Shown in pieces: positions 49,212-63,049 of a DNA stretch of 64,000 bases. Every line of letters begins with the position of its first letter. The first letter of the stretch is position 1. The notes under the pieces were generated by a model. The model saw only the letters and a list, made by a program, of their open reading frames with translations. It made no database searches and was not told where the DNA came from. The stretch is from NCBI GenBank assembly GCA_030704615.1, contig CM060733.1, positions 65,224,001 through 65,288,000 of the forward strand, in the 5' to 3' direction. Made by a program: the position numbers and the translations under genes. This DNA comes from Takakia lepidozioides. Lineage: Eukaryota > Plantae > Bryophyta.

Positions 49212-52200
49212 ATGGGATGCATCTTGTCTTCAGACGATTCACTAGACGACAGGGACTCAACAAAGGGATCCTCTCAGGACGACGAGGTATATATATTTGC
49301 GCCGCGCTTGCGGGTACCCAAGAGTGTAGACATTGAGGGGGCGCTCCAAGGGATTGTTTCACCTGCAATGGCGACAAGGCTGGCCAGTCTACGTTCCCGC
49401 GTCGTTGACGCTGCTGGGGCTGAAGGATCCTATCTGGGAAAATCGAGGCGGAGAAAGAAGCAAGAAGGTATTTTATGTCCCATATGTCTTCAGAGAAAGA
49501 CATGCAAACTATCACCTCGTAGTGTTGGCCCTGGCATGATCCTTCAAGTGCTTGCTTGGCTTGCTTAGTTAAGTACGTCCCATTGAACTGACTATATTGT
49601 TGAGAAGAAGAAAAAGGTAAGTCATGCGATATCTGGTAAACTACTGAAACAGCACCCGCAGAAGAATTCAGTTTTCTTGTGTGATGTTTCCTGACATCTA
49701 GGACCTTCCTCATGCGATAGTATGGTAGCAGCTCTCTCTGCTTTGGAAGCTCAAAACCTTTGCAATTTAGAAACTCTGCAAGAGATTGTACCCTCGAACT
49801 CTTGTCAAGTAGGAACTGTCAATAACACAAACCTTTATGGCTAGCCCACAGAGCGAGGTTCCAGCGAACCGTGCTGGATGGCGGCTTCCACTCGTCTGAA
49901 GTTGAAAGTATGTTGTTGTGCTGATGTTATTAACCAAGGGCGCTTCTGGTTAGGGGGTCGCAGATGGGTCCGGCAGTATCGATCTTGAAAAAGCCTTGGG
50001 GGAGTATTTGCCTGTTTTACTGGGTTTGACCACCAGAGGTCTGTCCCACATCGCTTGTTATGGTTTTTATCTATGCGTTACTCCTCCTGGTTTCTCTCTT
50101 CCATGTCTAATTTGTCAGTTTCGTTTGGAAGCCCAGAATGAAACCCGGTGCGGTATTTGCGACACTGCAGCAGACAAGCTTTAAGGAACTATTGTTGGTC
50201 GTGTCTTGCCTCTTGCTCCTGTGTACGCATTCTTTGTAAAGTTATTCCATCACAACTTGTGTACGACAGGGGACCAATCAAGCACTGCTGTGAATTTTGA
50301 GTGGACCAATGAGGAAGATGAGAAAAAGGTTGGTTCACTCTCCCAAGTTCTTCTCTGGCCACACGCTCTTGCTTGTAAAAATTACCAACGATTGTGTATT
50401 TGGCTTGGGAGAATGTCTAGGTTTAGGGTTTTGGTACATCTGGCGTCAAGGTTCCATTACATATTGATTACACTGAAGGTTCTATGTAGCATGAGTAACT
50501 TAGGTCACTCAACACTTTCCATGGTTGATATTGATTTGCTTCAACAGGAGACCATGCTACCAAGTGCTTTCTATGAGTTGCTGTCGATACTACACGCACT
50601 TTGTATGTTGGCTCTTCATGAAGCCAACACATGCCTCACTCCTAGACCTCCAGCAGAGGGCTACATCCCCAAAGTCTCTGAAGGCATGTCTGCTTTGCAC
50701 CCAATCTTTACTTTTGGGCGATATCTAACTGCGACATTTTCTTGGTACCAAATATCTCATGGTAATTTCTGCTAGCTTCTCAAACTTCGTGTCACGAGTT
50801 TTTTTTATTTCTTGTGGATGCAGGTGTGAAGCACATGGTAGATTACTAGTGAGAAAATAGTTTGAATTTGAAATAGCAGTGATCAACAGAGTTCTACTAC
50901 TGAGCATATAATCGAACACTTGCAGATCATAGTTACAAATGGCAGGATTTTAGGTTTGCTTGGCTTTGAGAAATATTGCAGTTTTGCTATGCATGATCCT
51001 AGTTATAAGGCTAAAGTACCTTGAGGTCAATTGTCTTGTGTTATTGCAGAGAATAGGAGAATGGCAATTGAGATATTGCTCAAGGCTGCCCAAATTTTGG
51101 AGCTCGCCATAAGTGATGTGCTATCCCGCATGCCTGATGATGTAAAGTAAGGCATACTGCCCAACATGGGTGTGCAGGCAGACGTCATTCTCGCATGTTG
51201 TTTACTTATCATCACAACTATTAAGGCGTAAATTAAGGCTCATCCATTTCTACTTCAACTTAATCTGGGGTTGGATATGTAACCTCTTCCATGAATCCAA
51301 CCAGATCTGTGGTTTGTGAGGATCTGCCGTGATCACTATTGCACAGTGAAACAAATCATGGAACTCTTGTAGATGGGTCTTCTATACAGAGCTTATATGC
51401 CTTCGCAGCACCTCGTTTTATCCATGGCCGTGTCTGTTTGTTGATCGGCGTATTTTTTCTGTCTGTAGTTGTTTGGGTTAGGACATGGATATTCTCAACT
51501 GATCCCTCGTACCACCGCCCTCCCCCCATTTTAAAAATGTCCTTTCTGTCAGTTAGAATCTGATGTAGAGTGGGGATGGCTGGACTGGTCAGGGTCAAGC
51601 TACCTGCAGATTTGAGTGAAGGTGTGCTAAGAGCATTCGAGCAACAAGCATTGGGCCAGGTCTGTCTTGACCTTTTTGTACACTCCCTTCCCGAATCCCT
51701 GCATCAGCTTGAGGAAGGAAATTGTGGTTTTTGGTGAGTTTGCAAGAGACTGCAGTTTCCTCCACGGATGTAGAGTTCATCACGATATTATATCCTAGTA
51801 GTTGGTTACTGAGTCTTCTGATAGCAACATGATTTTTTGACTTGGTTTGAAGGGGATTGCTTGAAGTGGTTTCTTGCTGAAAGAGTCAAAATTTACAATG
51901 CAATGTTCAATACACTTTGCAATCTGAGTTGTTAGTAGTGTGTTAAGTGTTGATCAGCAAGTCTCTACTAATATACATGTGCTGCCGAACAGGCGGTGGA
52001 GATGCAGTTAGCATTTGCCATGGATAATGTGAAGGCATCCTTAGCAGTGAAGCGAAGGCTAGCTTGCGAGAAAGCCAAGTGCTGGGAGCAGGTATTTCCC
52101 TCCTTAATGTGTTGCATTTTGTTCAACTGAGCTACGTGTTTTCTCTGTTTCAGGAGCATGTTTTCTAGCAGGTTGTCCATGCAATCCCTACAACACTCAT

Positions 52201-54296
52201 TGCTCCAAAGCAGTGGTAGTCTCTTAGGACAATTATGACTTCAGAGGAGGTGTTGTGAACATGGTGATAAGGAAGAGTCAAACAAGTACATCTTCCTCTT
52301 GCAGATGCAACCAAAGGTAGTTCAAGGATGTGCGGAATGTATCTAACATTATGTGTATGTGGGGGGTTGGTGCCTTGAGACAGGCCCATGATAGTATTTC
52401 ATGTGTGCCTTTGGGACATGGTTGGGGAGAGAAACATTTACTTTTTATTAAGTGGAAGTTGGCTGAGGCAAAGGTAATTTCTATGGCCTTTACAGGAACA
52501 TGTAGGGAGCATGTTGACAATTAGTGCAAAAATATTTGTCATCAGTCATTGCTTTAACTCCATTCTGCACATTATGTCTGTATGTAGGCCGGGCAACTGT
52601 TCTAGACTGATGATGTTGTGATCTTCTGCATTGTATTGTCCTCAAGATACAGGGATTTTGTTGGGACTGTAGTGTGTGTCCTATTCATCTTGGAAAGGTA
52701 TACCCAGTGTGGTGTTTTGCTCCCATCAATACCCATGCAATCTACTGTGTGTCTTGTACAGGCAGCAGCATATTACTATCATGGACTTGTTTTGGATGAG
52801 GCGTTTGAAGATGACTCCCTTGCTGAAGCAGTAGTGTGCCTCAAGACTGCGAATGTTTATTTGAAACAAAGCCAAAGAGCAATGAGGGAGTTCAGTAACA
52901 CGGCACCTGTATCCAGGTTTATTTTCTGCACTACTTGCTGAGTTTCCAATTGATTGTATTTTAAATTTGAAGTATATAACTTTGGTTGAATGAAGTTTCC
53001 CAAATTTTCGGTTCCTCTCTCTGTTTCGAAGTGCTTGGGGTACTTTGTCTTTGTGTGATGCTTGAGCTTTGAGTTTCTTATGGTTTGGTTCTTGTACTAT
53101 TGGCATTTTGTGAGTTTATTGTGATTTGCTCTTGTTCTACCATTTGCTCTTAGGTCCCTTTGAACACTGCAAAATGTTTTCCAAAGTATATATTTAAATA
53201 CTTAATGATCGTTTTTGTCTTTCTCTCTCAGCTGCTTATTGGGTGCTACTTTTTAATTTACTGGTTTCTTGTTTTTTGTACCGTAAGCTTTCCATGGACT
53301 TCATATATATATATATATATATTGGTTTTTCTTCCCTTATTCTTTCTCTATTTTTAGAATCCTCACTGTAGTGCCTCGCCTGTTCCCCTCCTCTCCCTTT
53401 CTGTAACCCTCCCACATTGCTGAAATTGTTGGGGTTTATGCCGTAGACCAACAACAGGCAAGATCTCACGCCGATATTTTATAATGAAGGTTTAGTTGTT
53501 GGGTTTGGTAATGCAGAATGCCTCCAGTGTGGGGCTCGATGAAGTATCTCTTTGAAAAAATTCCTAGAGATGCATTGAGCAAGACGCGTGTCATCAAAGA
53601 GATGTATCCCCGTGAGAAGTAAGATAATCTCTCCCTTGTATCATGGTTTGTACCGGTAGAATGATGTCTCATATTTCAACCTCCCAAAGTGACTGGGAAG
53701 TTGTACATTTGAGCTTTATTTCCAGCATGCTAAACTCCCAACAGCAAGCATTATGCAGCAGCAGTCTTTGAGTGTCAGTGTATACATCTGAACTCTATAA
53801 CATGCATTGGGTAGGTAACTAGACAGTCAATTTGAAGGACATCTCAGGCCATTTTCCAAGTCTAGCATATGGAAAATGATTTAAGTTTAGTGAAACGCAT
53901 TGGTCAGGGTCTGCACTGCAAGTGTAGTTTGGATTGGGAGCAAAAAGTAGGGCATGAGCTAAAGCAGTCATACAACAACGGAGATGTGTGAGCCAAACTG
54001 TATTCTGTGGCTGTTTTTTTTGGTTGGGGAAAGGAATGAGAATCCTTTACTGTTGATGATGTCTAAGCTATTCGTTTTTCAGGGCGCCGACGGCAACACC
54101 TGATCTGCCTGACTTTGCATTGGCCTTGAAAGCAGAGCCAATCTCATTGCCTCCTCTTGATGCTGCTTGGCAAACCGAGCCTGATTTTGACGGCAACACA
54201 TTATCTGTGGCCGATGTGCCAATTTTAAGTCTTGCTGGAGATGTTGGGAGACAACCGGGATTAGTGCCTCCTCCAACGTTGGTGCAAGTTAGATAG
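49212..54296 (+). CDS. Endosomal-targeting BRO1-like domain protein, 11 coding exons, 449 aa
   Basis: Exons 49212-49467, 49964-50038, 50270-50328, 50548-50683, 51050-51146, 51593-51659, 51993-52091, 52384-52473, 52762-52916, 53517-53618 and 54083-54296 total 1350 nt in frame. Motifs EYLPVLLGL, FEWTNEED, LAVKRRLACE, GWGEKHLLFIKWK, AAAYYYHGLVLDE and LPDFALALK match the recalled plant BRO1-like family. Confidence 0.92.
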
Positions 54297-54474
54297 TGTC
54301 TCAGTGCTTTTAAGTCTAGATAAGAGCTATCCTTGCTATAGTCTATTGATGTTATAAATTTTACGGCTTACCCCTCCCAATCCCCCACTCCATTTTATTT
54401 AAAAAAAAATTCCTTTGGGGGCTTGTGGGGTTGTAGACAGGAAGACGGATGGTACATTGCTAAGATATGTACAT

Positions 54475-57070
54475 ACTAGGGTAGCTTGTGCCGTTGGCCG
54501 AAGTGTCAAATGTCATCTTAAGCAATCTCCTATGTATCCAAGTACATCTCCTATGTCCAGACCTAAGTGCAGCCTCCAGGGTTGCCTGTGCCATTGGCCC
54601 ATGTGTGAAGAATTGAAATCTAAGACCAAGTGCAATTTCCTATGTATCCAAATGCATCTCCTATGTTAAAACCCATCTAAGCTAAGTGCAATCTCCTATG
54701 TACCCAAGTGCTTCTCCCATGTAGAAGCCGAAGTGCGACCTCTAGTTTATTCCAACACTTACTTTTGTAATTTAGTTGAATTTTCAGCGACCAAATTGTT
54801 CATAACTTTATAATCCTCGGCCCAAATTTCCGCTAGGTTAGCTTGTGTCGTTGGTCCAAGTGTCCAATGTCATCAATGTCATCAGCTAAGTCCAAGTGCA
54901 ATCCTCTATGTATCCAAGAGCGTTTTCTCTCTCCAGGCCCAAGCGCAACCTCTAGGGTAGCCTATGCCGTTGGCCCAAGTGTCCCAAGTCATCTAAGTCC
55001 AAGTGCAATCCCCTATGCATCCAAAGACCCTGCAGGTTGGGAAATCTCCACATCATAGTTCCAACAAAGCCCACTTTGCTATTTTTGCAATCTCCCCTCA
55101 TATATTGATATATCCACTTTGCGATTGTTTGTGAATTTCCAGCAACCAAAAGTACTTGATATTCCAAATCTAACACATCAAGAGCCAATCATTGCTCTAG
55201 GAAAGTCCGCTTTGCTATTTTTTGCGAATTTCCAATGACCAAAAAGTACTTGGAATTCCACATCTCCAACACCGCGGGTCCAAAAATCATGAGACAAAGC
55301 CGGTGCACCCTTGGGCCCCGCAGTGCGGGACATCTCAATGCTACAAAACCAACAAAACAAACATACAACTATTTTTCGCAAATTTCCAGCGACCAAGTAA
55401 TTGAAATTCCATATCTCAGAAAAAACCAATTTATTGTTTTCCATGACTTTATTGAGTAGTTTTTTATCCAGTCATTGTCCTAGGAAAGCCCACTTTGCTA
55501 TTTTTGCAATCTCCCCTGTCGAGGCTTCATATGTTGAAATATCCACTTTGCTATTTTTTACGAATTTCCAGTGACCAAAAGTACTTGAAATTCCAAATCT
55601 CCCACATGAAGGGCCAATCATTGCTCACGGAAAGCCCACTTTGCGATTTTTCGCGAATTTCCAACGACCAAAAATACTTGAAATTCCACATCTCCCACAC
55701 CGCAGGTCCAAAAATCATGAGACCAAGCCGTTGCACCCCTCCTTGTCGAGGGCTTTCCAACAGTACCAAGCACCCGGGCTAGGGCCCCGCGGTTTGGGAG
55801 GTCTCAACGTGACAAAACAAACACACAAACAAACAAACCGCCTTGCTTCATATATTGACTAGGGTAGCCTGTGCCGTTGGCCCAAGTGTCAAGTGTCATC
55901 TAAGTCCAAGTGTAAGATCTTCTATGTATCCAGAGACCGCACTTGGATACATAGGAGATTGCACTTGGCTTAAATTTCAATTCTTCACACATGGGCCAAT
56001 GACACAGGCTACCCTAGATCTCCCAAACATGGAGGTCTCTGGTTACATAGGGGATTGCACTTGGACATAGATGACACTGGACACTTGGGCCAACGGCACA
56101 GGCTACCCTAGAGGTCGTACTTGGGCCTCGACATAGGAGACGCACTTGGATACATAGGGGATTGCACTTGGACTAAGATGACATTGGACACTGTAGGTCG
56201 CCCTTGGGCCTCTACATTGGAGAAGCACTTGGTTACATAGGAATTGCACTTGGGCTTAGATTTCAATTCTTGACACATGGGCCAATGGCACAGGCTACCC
56301 TAGGCCTAGATCTCCCAAACAGGTATGTCGAGGCCCAAGTGCGACCTCTAGGGTAGCCTGTGCCGTTTGCCCCTGTGTGAAGAATTGAAATCTAAGACAA
56401 GTGCAATTTCCTATGTATCCCAGTGCGTCTCCTATGTCGAGGCTCATCTAAGCCCAAGTGCAATCCGCGCCCTCACGGCTTTTGCACAAGCACACTCATC
56501 TTGTTTTTTTCCGTCAGTGACAGACGACATGCACATCGTAGGCCCTGCCTCTTCTATGTATCCAAGTGCATCTCCCGTGTAGAGGCCCAAGTGTCCACTG
56601 TAATCTAAGCCCAAGTGCAATCTCCTATGTATCCAAGTGCGTTTCTTATGTAGAGGCCGCCCAAGTGCGACCTCCAGTGTCTAATGTCACCTAAGTCCAA
56701 GTGCAATCCCCTATGCATCCAGAGACCCTGCAGTTTGGGAGATCTCCACGTCATTGTTCCAACAAAGCCCACTTTGCTATTTTTGCAATCTCCCCTATCG
56801 AGGCTTCATATATTGATATAGTATCCACTTTGCTATTTTTCGCGAATTTCCAGTGGTCAAAAGTAATTGAAATTCCAAATATGCCACATGAAGGGCCAAT
56901 CATTGCTCCAGGAAAGCCCACTTTGCTATTTTTGGCGAATTTCCAGAGACCACAAGTACTTGAAATTCCATATCTTGCGCATCGTGGGTCCAAAAATCAT
57001 GAGACCAAGCCGGTGCACAGCTACAAAACAAAACAAACAAACAAAAAAAACGTCTCGCTTCATATATTGA
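54475..57070. repeat. Composite repeat block of two interleaved repeat families with an internal inverted segment
   Basis: Family A: CTAGGGTAGCCTGTGCCGTTGGCCCAAGTG...CCAAGTGCAATCTCCTATGTATCCAAG (inverted at ~55940-56300). Family B: AAAGCCCACTTTGCTATTTTT...GGTCCAAAAATCATGAGAC. Confidence 0.85.
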
Positions 57071-57989
57071 TGGCTCAATAATGATGAGCAATGCTCCGTA
57101 AGATCACAGTTTACACTTAAATGGATGGGTGTGTGAAGGCCTCATAGTGGTACAGTTTTGGATTAAAGTTCACTCAATGAGGTACAAACCTGGTAAAAAT
57201 AAAATGTTGTAGTACTCAACCTTAGATACATAAGGAGATGAGTAGGTCTGTCAATTTTCCACTTGATGGGCTCTTGATAGGTGAATTTTGTCAAGAAATG
57301 CAGAGGGATTTCTCCATATAAGTGTATGATTTAGGTAATTAAATTATCCTACCTTTCACAAGCAATATACGAAAATTGGAGAGTGCAGTATTATGAACAA
57401 GTTGATAATTCCGCAGTTCCTTCAAAATTCACTTGCTAACAAAGCGACCTAATAATACAAAGCGAAAAAATTTGTAATTCAAAAACAGGAAGGGTCCTAA
57501 AAGAAAGCCTTCCGCTATATATTACAACTCTAATGTACCACGTTCACCGGAAGTTCCGAAGCACGCCTTTAGTAGAGGAATACGATCAGAACATACACCT
57601 CCTCGTTAAAAATTGCTTCATACCACACCGTGACGAAAGCTGATGAAGCTCCGAAACCTCATTTATCTGCAGAATCAACTAACTCCAAACTATATTCCTA
57701 TTACCCTGATACTCCATAAGCCCTTCGCTGGCAAATTTCTAAAACGGTTTCTCGTAGCCATCTTTGGTATTAAAAAAAGTAGATTTCGTGTTAGATTTGC
57801 ATTTGACAAGTAACCTATGAATGAAAGAAGGACATGCAACTCTAAATCACTACAAGAACTAAAATTAATCGGAAAGAAGTTATCTGCCAGCCAATGCCCA
57901 CTTTCACTCATCTGCCACATCCGTTGTCGTTAAGCTCCATGTCCTTTTCGACTCCTATGAAACATGACCATCGTCGTCACACTACTTGG

Positions 57990-59605
57990 GTCCGATCTAA
58001 GTGACCAAAAGCTAGAGACAAGTGAGCGAGCCGGATAGCGACCAAAGTGTGGGGAGCTATTCCGGACTGCCAACAACTAAAAAGAATTTCCATTGGGCCC
58101 GATCCGTCGAGGGTCTCGTGGGGAAGCAAGGGGACCGTTATGCCCCGGTGAGCAGCCGAAGCTCCGAGTTGGCCCGACGGCCAGTTTGGGAGTTAGGCAC
58201 CCGCATCAAGGTTCGTAACTATGACTTAAATGGGAGTTTATCAAAGTGAGACCTGCGCGACACTTGGTATCAGAGCCTAGAGTTTAGTATGCACCTTTGA
58301 GATCGGCCTCACCGTGGGGTCGGGTAGGACCAAGCGAAAGCGGAACGGCCCGAAAGCCGATGAGCCTAGTGAGCCCGATGGGGGCGGTGCGTTACCGGAG
58401 CAGCAACTGGAAAAGGCAAGCTATGCTTCTTAAAGTGATGACGCTCAAGAGCGAGAGATGTTCAAGGAGTCGGAGCCCGAGGACCGTCTAAAGGCACTGG
58501 TGGACCAACAGGTGCCTCCAATGCCACCAGCCTTTTGGGAAGGGCTTTTGGCACAGTTTGGTAGGACACTAAAGGACGTAATGAAGGCGGCCAACGCCAC
58601 TTCCACAAAGACAAAGTTTAAGGTGAAGCCTAATGAACCCGACGTCTTCGAGGGCGTCCAAAATTTGAAGGCACTCAACACCTGGCTCCTGGAGCTGTCC
58701 AGCAGTACTTCTGGGCGGCCAAGTTGAGTGACGAGGATCGGGTGGAAGTGGCTTCCACCTATTTGAGGGGTTATGCTTAACGATGGTGACAGAAACATCT
58801 TCATGACCAAGGGCCAAACCCAGAGACCATGAGCTGGAGTGAGTTCAATGAACTTATAAAAAAACAGTTTGTGCCCCTCAACGCATCCTGGCTCACCCAA
58901 GATAAGATGATGAACTTGAGACAAACGGATGACATTCGAGGTTACGTTTAGGTTCAATGTGCTGTTGCTCGAAGTCACTGATATGACAAAACCAGAAATG
59001 CTTTTCAACTTTGTGGCGGGACTGGCCCCTTGGGCCAAGCGGAAGTTGGAGGAGAGGCCACCAAAGACTTTGAATGAGGCAATTGAAAGGGCTGAGTGTT
59101 TCTCGGATGTCCCTAGGGGCGAAAAACGACCCGGGCAACCACGGAGCTATCAGAAGACTCCATCAGCCGCTTGGTGGAGGCGGTGGTCGCCCAAACTTGC
59201 AAGGTAGACAACTACACTTGTGAGCTGTATCAAGAAGATGGAGCGTTACGTAGCGGAAACCAGAAATGCTCTTCAACTTTGTGGCGGGACTGGCCCCTTG
59301 GGCCAAGCGGAAGTTGGAGGAGAGGCCACCAAAGACTTTGAATGAGGCAATTGAAAGGGCTGAGTGTTTCTCGGATGTCCCTAGGGGCGAAAAAACGACC
59401 CGGGCAACCACGGAGCTATCAGAAGACTCCATCAGCCGCTTGGTAGAGGCGGTGGTCGCCCAAACTTGCAAGGTAGACAACTACACTTGTGAGCTGTATC
59501 AAGAAGTTGGAACATTAAGTAGCGGAAACCGCTTAATGTTCGTAAGTGGGAAAATCTCCGGAACTAACGTGTTGTTGTTGGTGGACAAATGAGCGTCGCA
59601 CTCCT
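57990..59605 (+). mobile_element. Diverged chromovirus 5' fragment: partial LTR, PBS (58265-58276), gag and start of protease
   Basis: LTR end GCGCGACA at 58262 followed by CT-TGGTATCAGAGC; KVKPNEPDVFEG; FNFVAGLAPWAKRKLEE; LLVDK*ASHS. Confidence 0.88.
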
Positions 59606-61227
59606 GCCAAGCTCTCCGAACATGCCACGAGCACAGAAAAATTACACAATCCCCCCAGACAAATCTGTTTCTTATGAGGTTGTATTAGTGAAATACATGT
59701 TGACATGGAGGCAATGACATAAGAAGAAAGGTGTTACTGGTGGAGTTACCTGATGACAACACTTTCTGCATCTGCGTCGTCAACAATGAAGGCATTGGGG
59801 CGCCAGTCCATTTTCATGCTTTTCATCTGTTGGTTTAATGCCTCCATCCATGGCCGCAGATCCATGGTCTTGTACTTGGCCGTTATAATATACGCAACTG
59901 GAATGTCATTCAGTCACTCATCAAACATCATGGTGTACAAGAGATACTGCAACAATAGCCATGTAAAATGTGAGTTAATTAAGTTCATTTGCAACTGGAT
60001 TGTCACGAAAACATACAACTTTTTATGTACTGTACATTTTCAGATGTTAAAAAAACATTGCAATTTTTTTCTCACTTGTCCCAAAAGTTGCGTCACACGC
60101 CACTAATTTGGAATGTTCGTGCTTCACCATTTGTTTTTTTAGCCAATCAGTTTGTGTGCCGAGCAACAAATGGGAGGTCCATTTTGGGTCATTCGAAGTC
60201 CATGCAGGGTGATTTGACTATTCATGGTAGTAAAAAACACTTCCTGGGTTTGCCTCAACCCACAGTCGGACACTATATGCATCATTTGAGTGCTTCTTAA
60301 ATGTTTCTTCATCGCACTTGTTGGCAATATTTCGAATGTCCCAAGAAAGGAGGAAGGTGTCACGATTTAGCTCTAACCCAGCATCCATCATTTCCCTCAT
60401 CCGCTGCATCTGCTTTGCCATTATCTTACCGATGCTTAGTCCTAGACGCAAGTTGTGCAAAGCCCATGCTTTCATTTTGTCACTGACGTGGGGAGCTAAT
60501 GCAACACGTCCAGTTTCATGTGTAGACCCATGACAGAACTCTCCAGCTCCATTCACATGTCTCTTCTCATAATACACGAGCTCCGCAATCTCTAGGTCTA
60601 CATAGCATTGCTTCACTAGAAAACGACACATGCATCCCCTCTTGATGCCTTCCCCCAATTTCATTTTTGTGGTCCTGACTTGTTTAGGCTTCTGCTTAGT
60701 AGAAGAGACTCTGACTCATGGCTTCCCCCCTTCTTCTTGGGAGGTCATGCTTGCCATTTATTGGCTGCAAGAGGGCACTAGTCTTGTTCTCTGGCCCGTA
60801 TGAGCAGTGATATTTGTTATGAGCATGACCTTCTATTACTAATAGAGCAAGGGGACGTACAAATCCAATGAACACAATCAATACTACCGTAATACATGGA
60901 ATGCCGAAATTTGTACCTTGTCATACTTAGGGCAGAGTTTGTGCGTGGAGCTTGGAGAGATCCCTCCGGACAGCCTCTTTGCCGATGTTTGTGGAAAGTG
61001 CATGGGCCATCGGGACGGGAGGACTCCCCAGTGATGAAATCATTCACGCGATTCCATGGAATGTAGGCTACTTCAGCATTGTCTTTTCCGGCAGGCCTGC
61101 CATGCCATTGGAAACACCACTGTAACACAGTATGATTGAAAGCACTTGGGTTCGGCTATTGCAGTTGGTTTCAGAGTTTGCAAACAAGATGGGCCACTAT
61201 GTTTTCACTTCTGTTTTCTTCAGACAT
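59606..61227 (-). mobile_element. Second degenerate MULE/SWIM-family transposase (N-terminal half)
   Basis: AYIPWNRVNDFITGE, YHCSYGPE, KRGCMCRFLVK, KKHSNDAYSVRLWVE, WRPNAFIVDDAD, FLCSWHVRRAW; paralogous to 44600-46790. Confidence 0.85.
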
Positions 61228-61852
61228 GATGAATTAGTCATGCAGTATTGGGTTGCACAAGGGTTGCACGGGTGATACACGTTACACGGGTGCAGGAACG
61301 ATGACAGGACAATTTGGGGACGACGATGAGGGGAGGATGACAATGTAGAGACATGGACGATGACGTACATTCATTGCGAAAGGCAACGCGATTAAAAAAC
61401 ATATTTCAAGTTCAAATCTCAATTTCGAATGTCCTGTATGACAATGCATGTATCATCATGTCTGTATGCGTCCATATCCGCTACATGATGGGATGACTGT
61501 GAAACATGACGTCGTAATGCATGAGTAATGTATTACGACATTGAATGGGAAGTGGAGTAACAGTGGGCGGGCGGGCGGGCGGGCGGGCCGGGCCGGGCGC
61601 GCGAATGGTGAGGGATGCGTCGCGACAACCGCGACACCCGTTGGGGGCAGCGACGCTACCGCGTGAGCCTGACGTGTGAGCGTACACTCACACAATGGTG
61701 ATGTGGCATGAGCCTACGCTCACAGCTCTGACATGGCGATGGTGCTGATGTGGCGTGAGCCCACCCAAGGTCGTGCCACGTCACCACAAAGATGGTGGGC
61801 CTATAACCGTGCATTAAATGGTTTAAGGGTTAAGGGTTTAGGGCGTCCGCAG

Positions 61853-62590
61853 ATATCAACCTTGTGTTAACACGAGGTTGATTCCAAGTTCTCGAAATCA
61901 ACTTTGTGTTAACACGAGGTTGATTTTCGAGAATATTCATTTGAATATGACTTGATGTGTTCGCAAATGAACAAGTGAGTTTGAGGAACGAATGCAACAA
62001 ATGGTAGACGCACGCACAACACGATTGATGACGTGAAATACAACGACAGACATACGACTTCATTTTATTTATTTATTTTTAAGAATATTTTCCCCTCCCT
62101 GGGGGGTTGATGCAAAATCAACCTTGCGTTGACGCAACCTTGATTTGAGAAATGAAAGCATCATTTTTTAAGATTTTTTTTATTTTAGTTTTTATTTAGT
62201 TTTTATTGTTTTTATTTTTTCTCCCTGGGGTGATGCAAATCAACCTTGCGTTGACACAACCTTGATTTGAGAAATGAAAACATCATTTTTTGAAGTTTTT
62301 TTTTTTCCTCCCTGGTGGGGGTGATACAAATCAACCTTGCGTTGACGCAACCTTGATTTGAGAAATGAAAGCATCATTTTTTGTTTTTGGTTTTGTTTTG
62401 TTTTATTTTGTTTTTTGTTTTTTGTTTTTTTTTCCCCTCTCCCCGGAGGGTGATGCAAATCAACCTTGCGTTGACACAACCTTGATTTGAGAAATGAAAG
62501 CATTTTTATTTTTTATTTTTCTGGGAGGGTGATGCAAATCAACCTTGCGTTGACGCAACCTTGATTTGATAAATGAAAACATCCTTTTTT
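61853..62590 (+). repeat. Array of 7 palindromic ~30-55-bp repeats with T-rich variable spacers
   Basis: ATCAACCTTG(C/T)GTT(G/A)AC(G/A)C..CC/GGTTGATT at about 61855, 61897, 62116, 62238, 62329, 62458 and 62537. Confidence 0.88.
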
Positions 62591-63049
62591 GAGGACTGTT
62601 TTTTGCATTTTGTATAGTTGCTAGCCCTGTTGTTTTTCGTTTCGTGTCTTGCATTGCAAGTCTTGCCAACCTGTTCTGCACCATGTTTTTTCATAAATCG
62701 CAAAGACGCTTTAGGGATTTCCTGGTGTTTGTCTGGAGAACGTCTATCAATGAAAAGTGGATGTGAATTGGGAGGAAGGAACTTCGATAGAACAAACTCA
62801 TTCTCTTTCGTGTTCATTACGCAACAGGACATTGTACTCTCTGAAATATCCTGTGCCCTTGGACAAAAACCATCCACAAACCACCCGTGATTTCTCATCC
62901 GACCAAGATTTGGATGAGGGAGGAGACTTCCCAGAAAATAAAGTTGGCAAATCTGGGGCGTGGTAGTCGCCTACAGTTCCGGGGAAATAGGTGGCATCCG
63001 CGGAATTAGGTCCTACACGTGGGAAACCTTGCTGACATGGCGTGAGCCT

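Noticed and set aside
57632-57665. Hammerhead ribozyme (CTGATGA...GAAA)
   Set aside because: No stem II pairing and no plausible stem I, stem III or cleavage triplet.
61853-62590. CRISPR array
   Set aside because: Spacers are low-complexity poly-T variants, not unique sequences; no cas genes.
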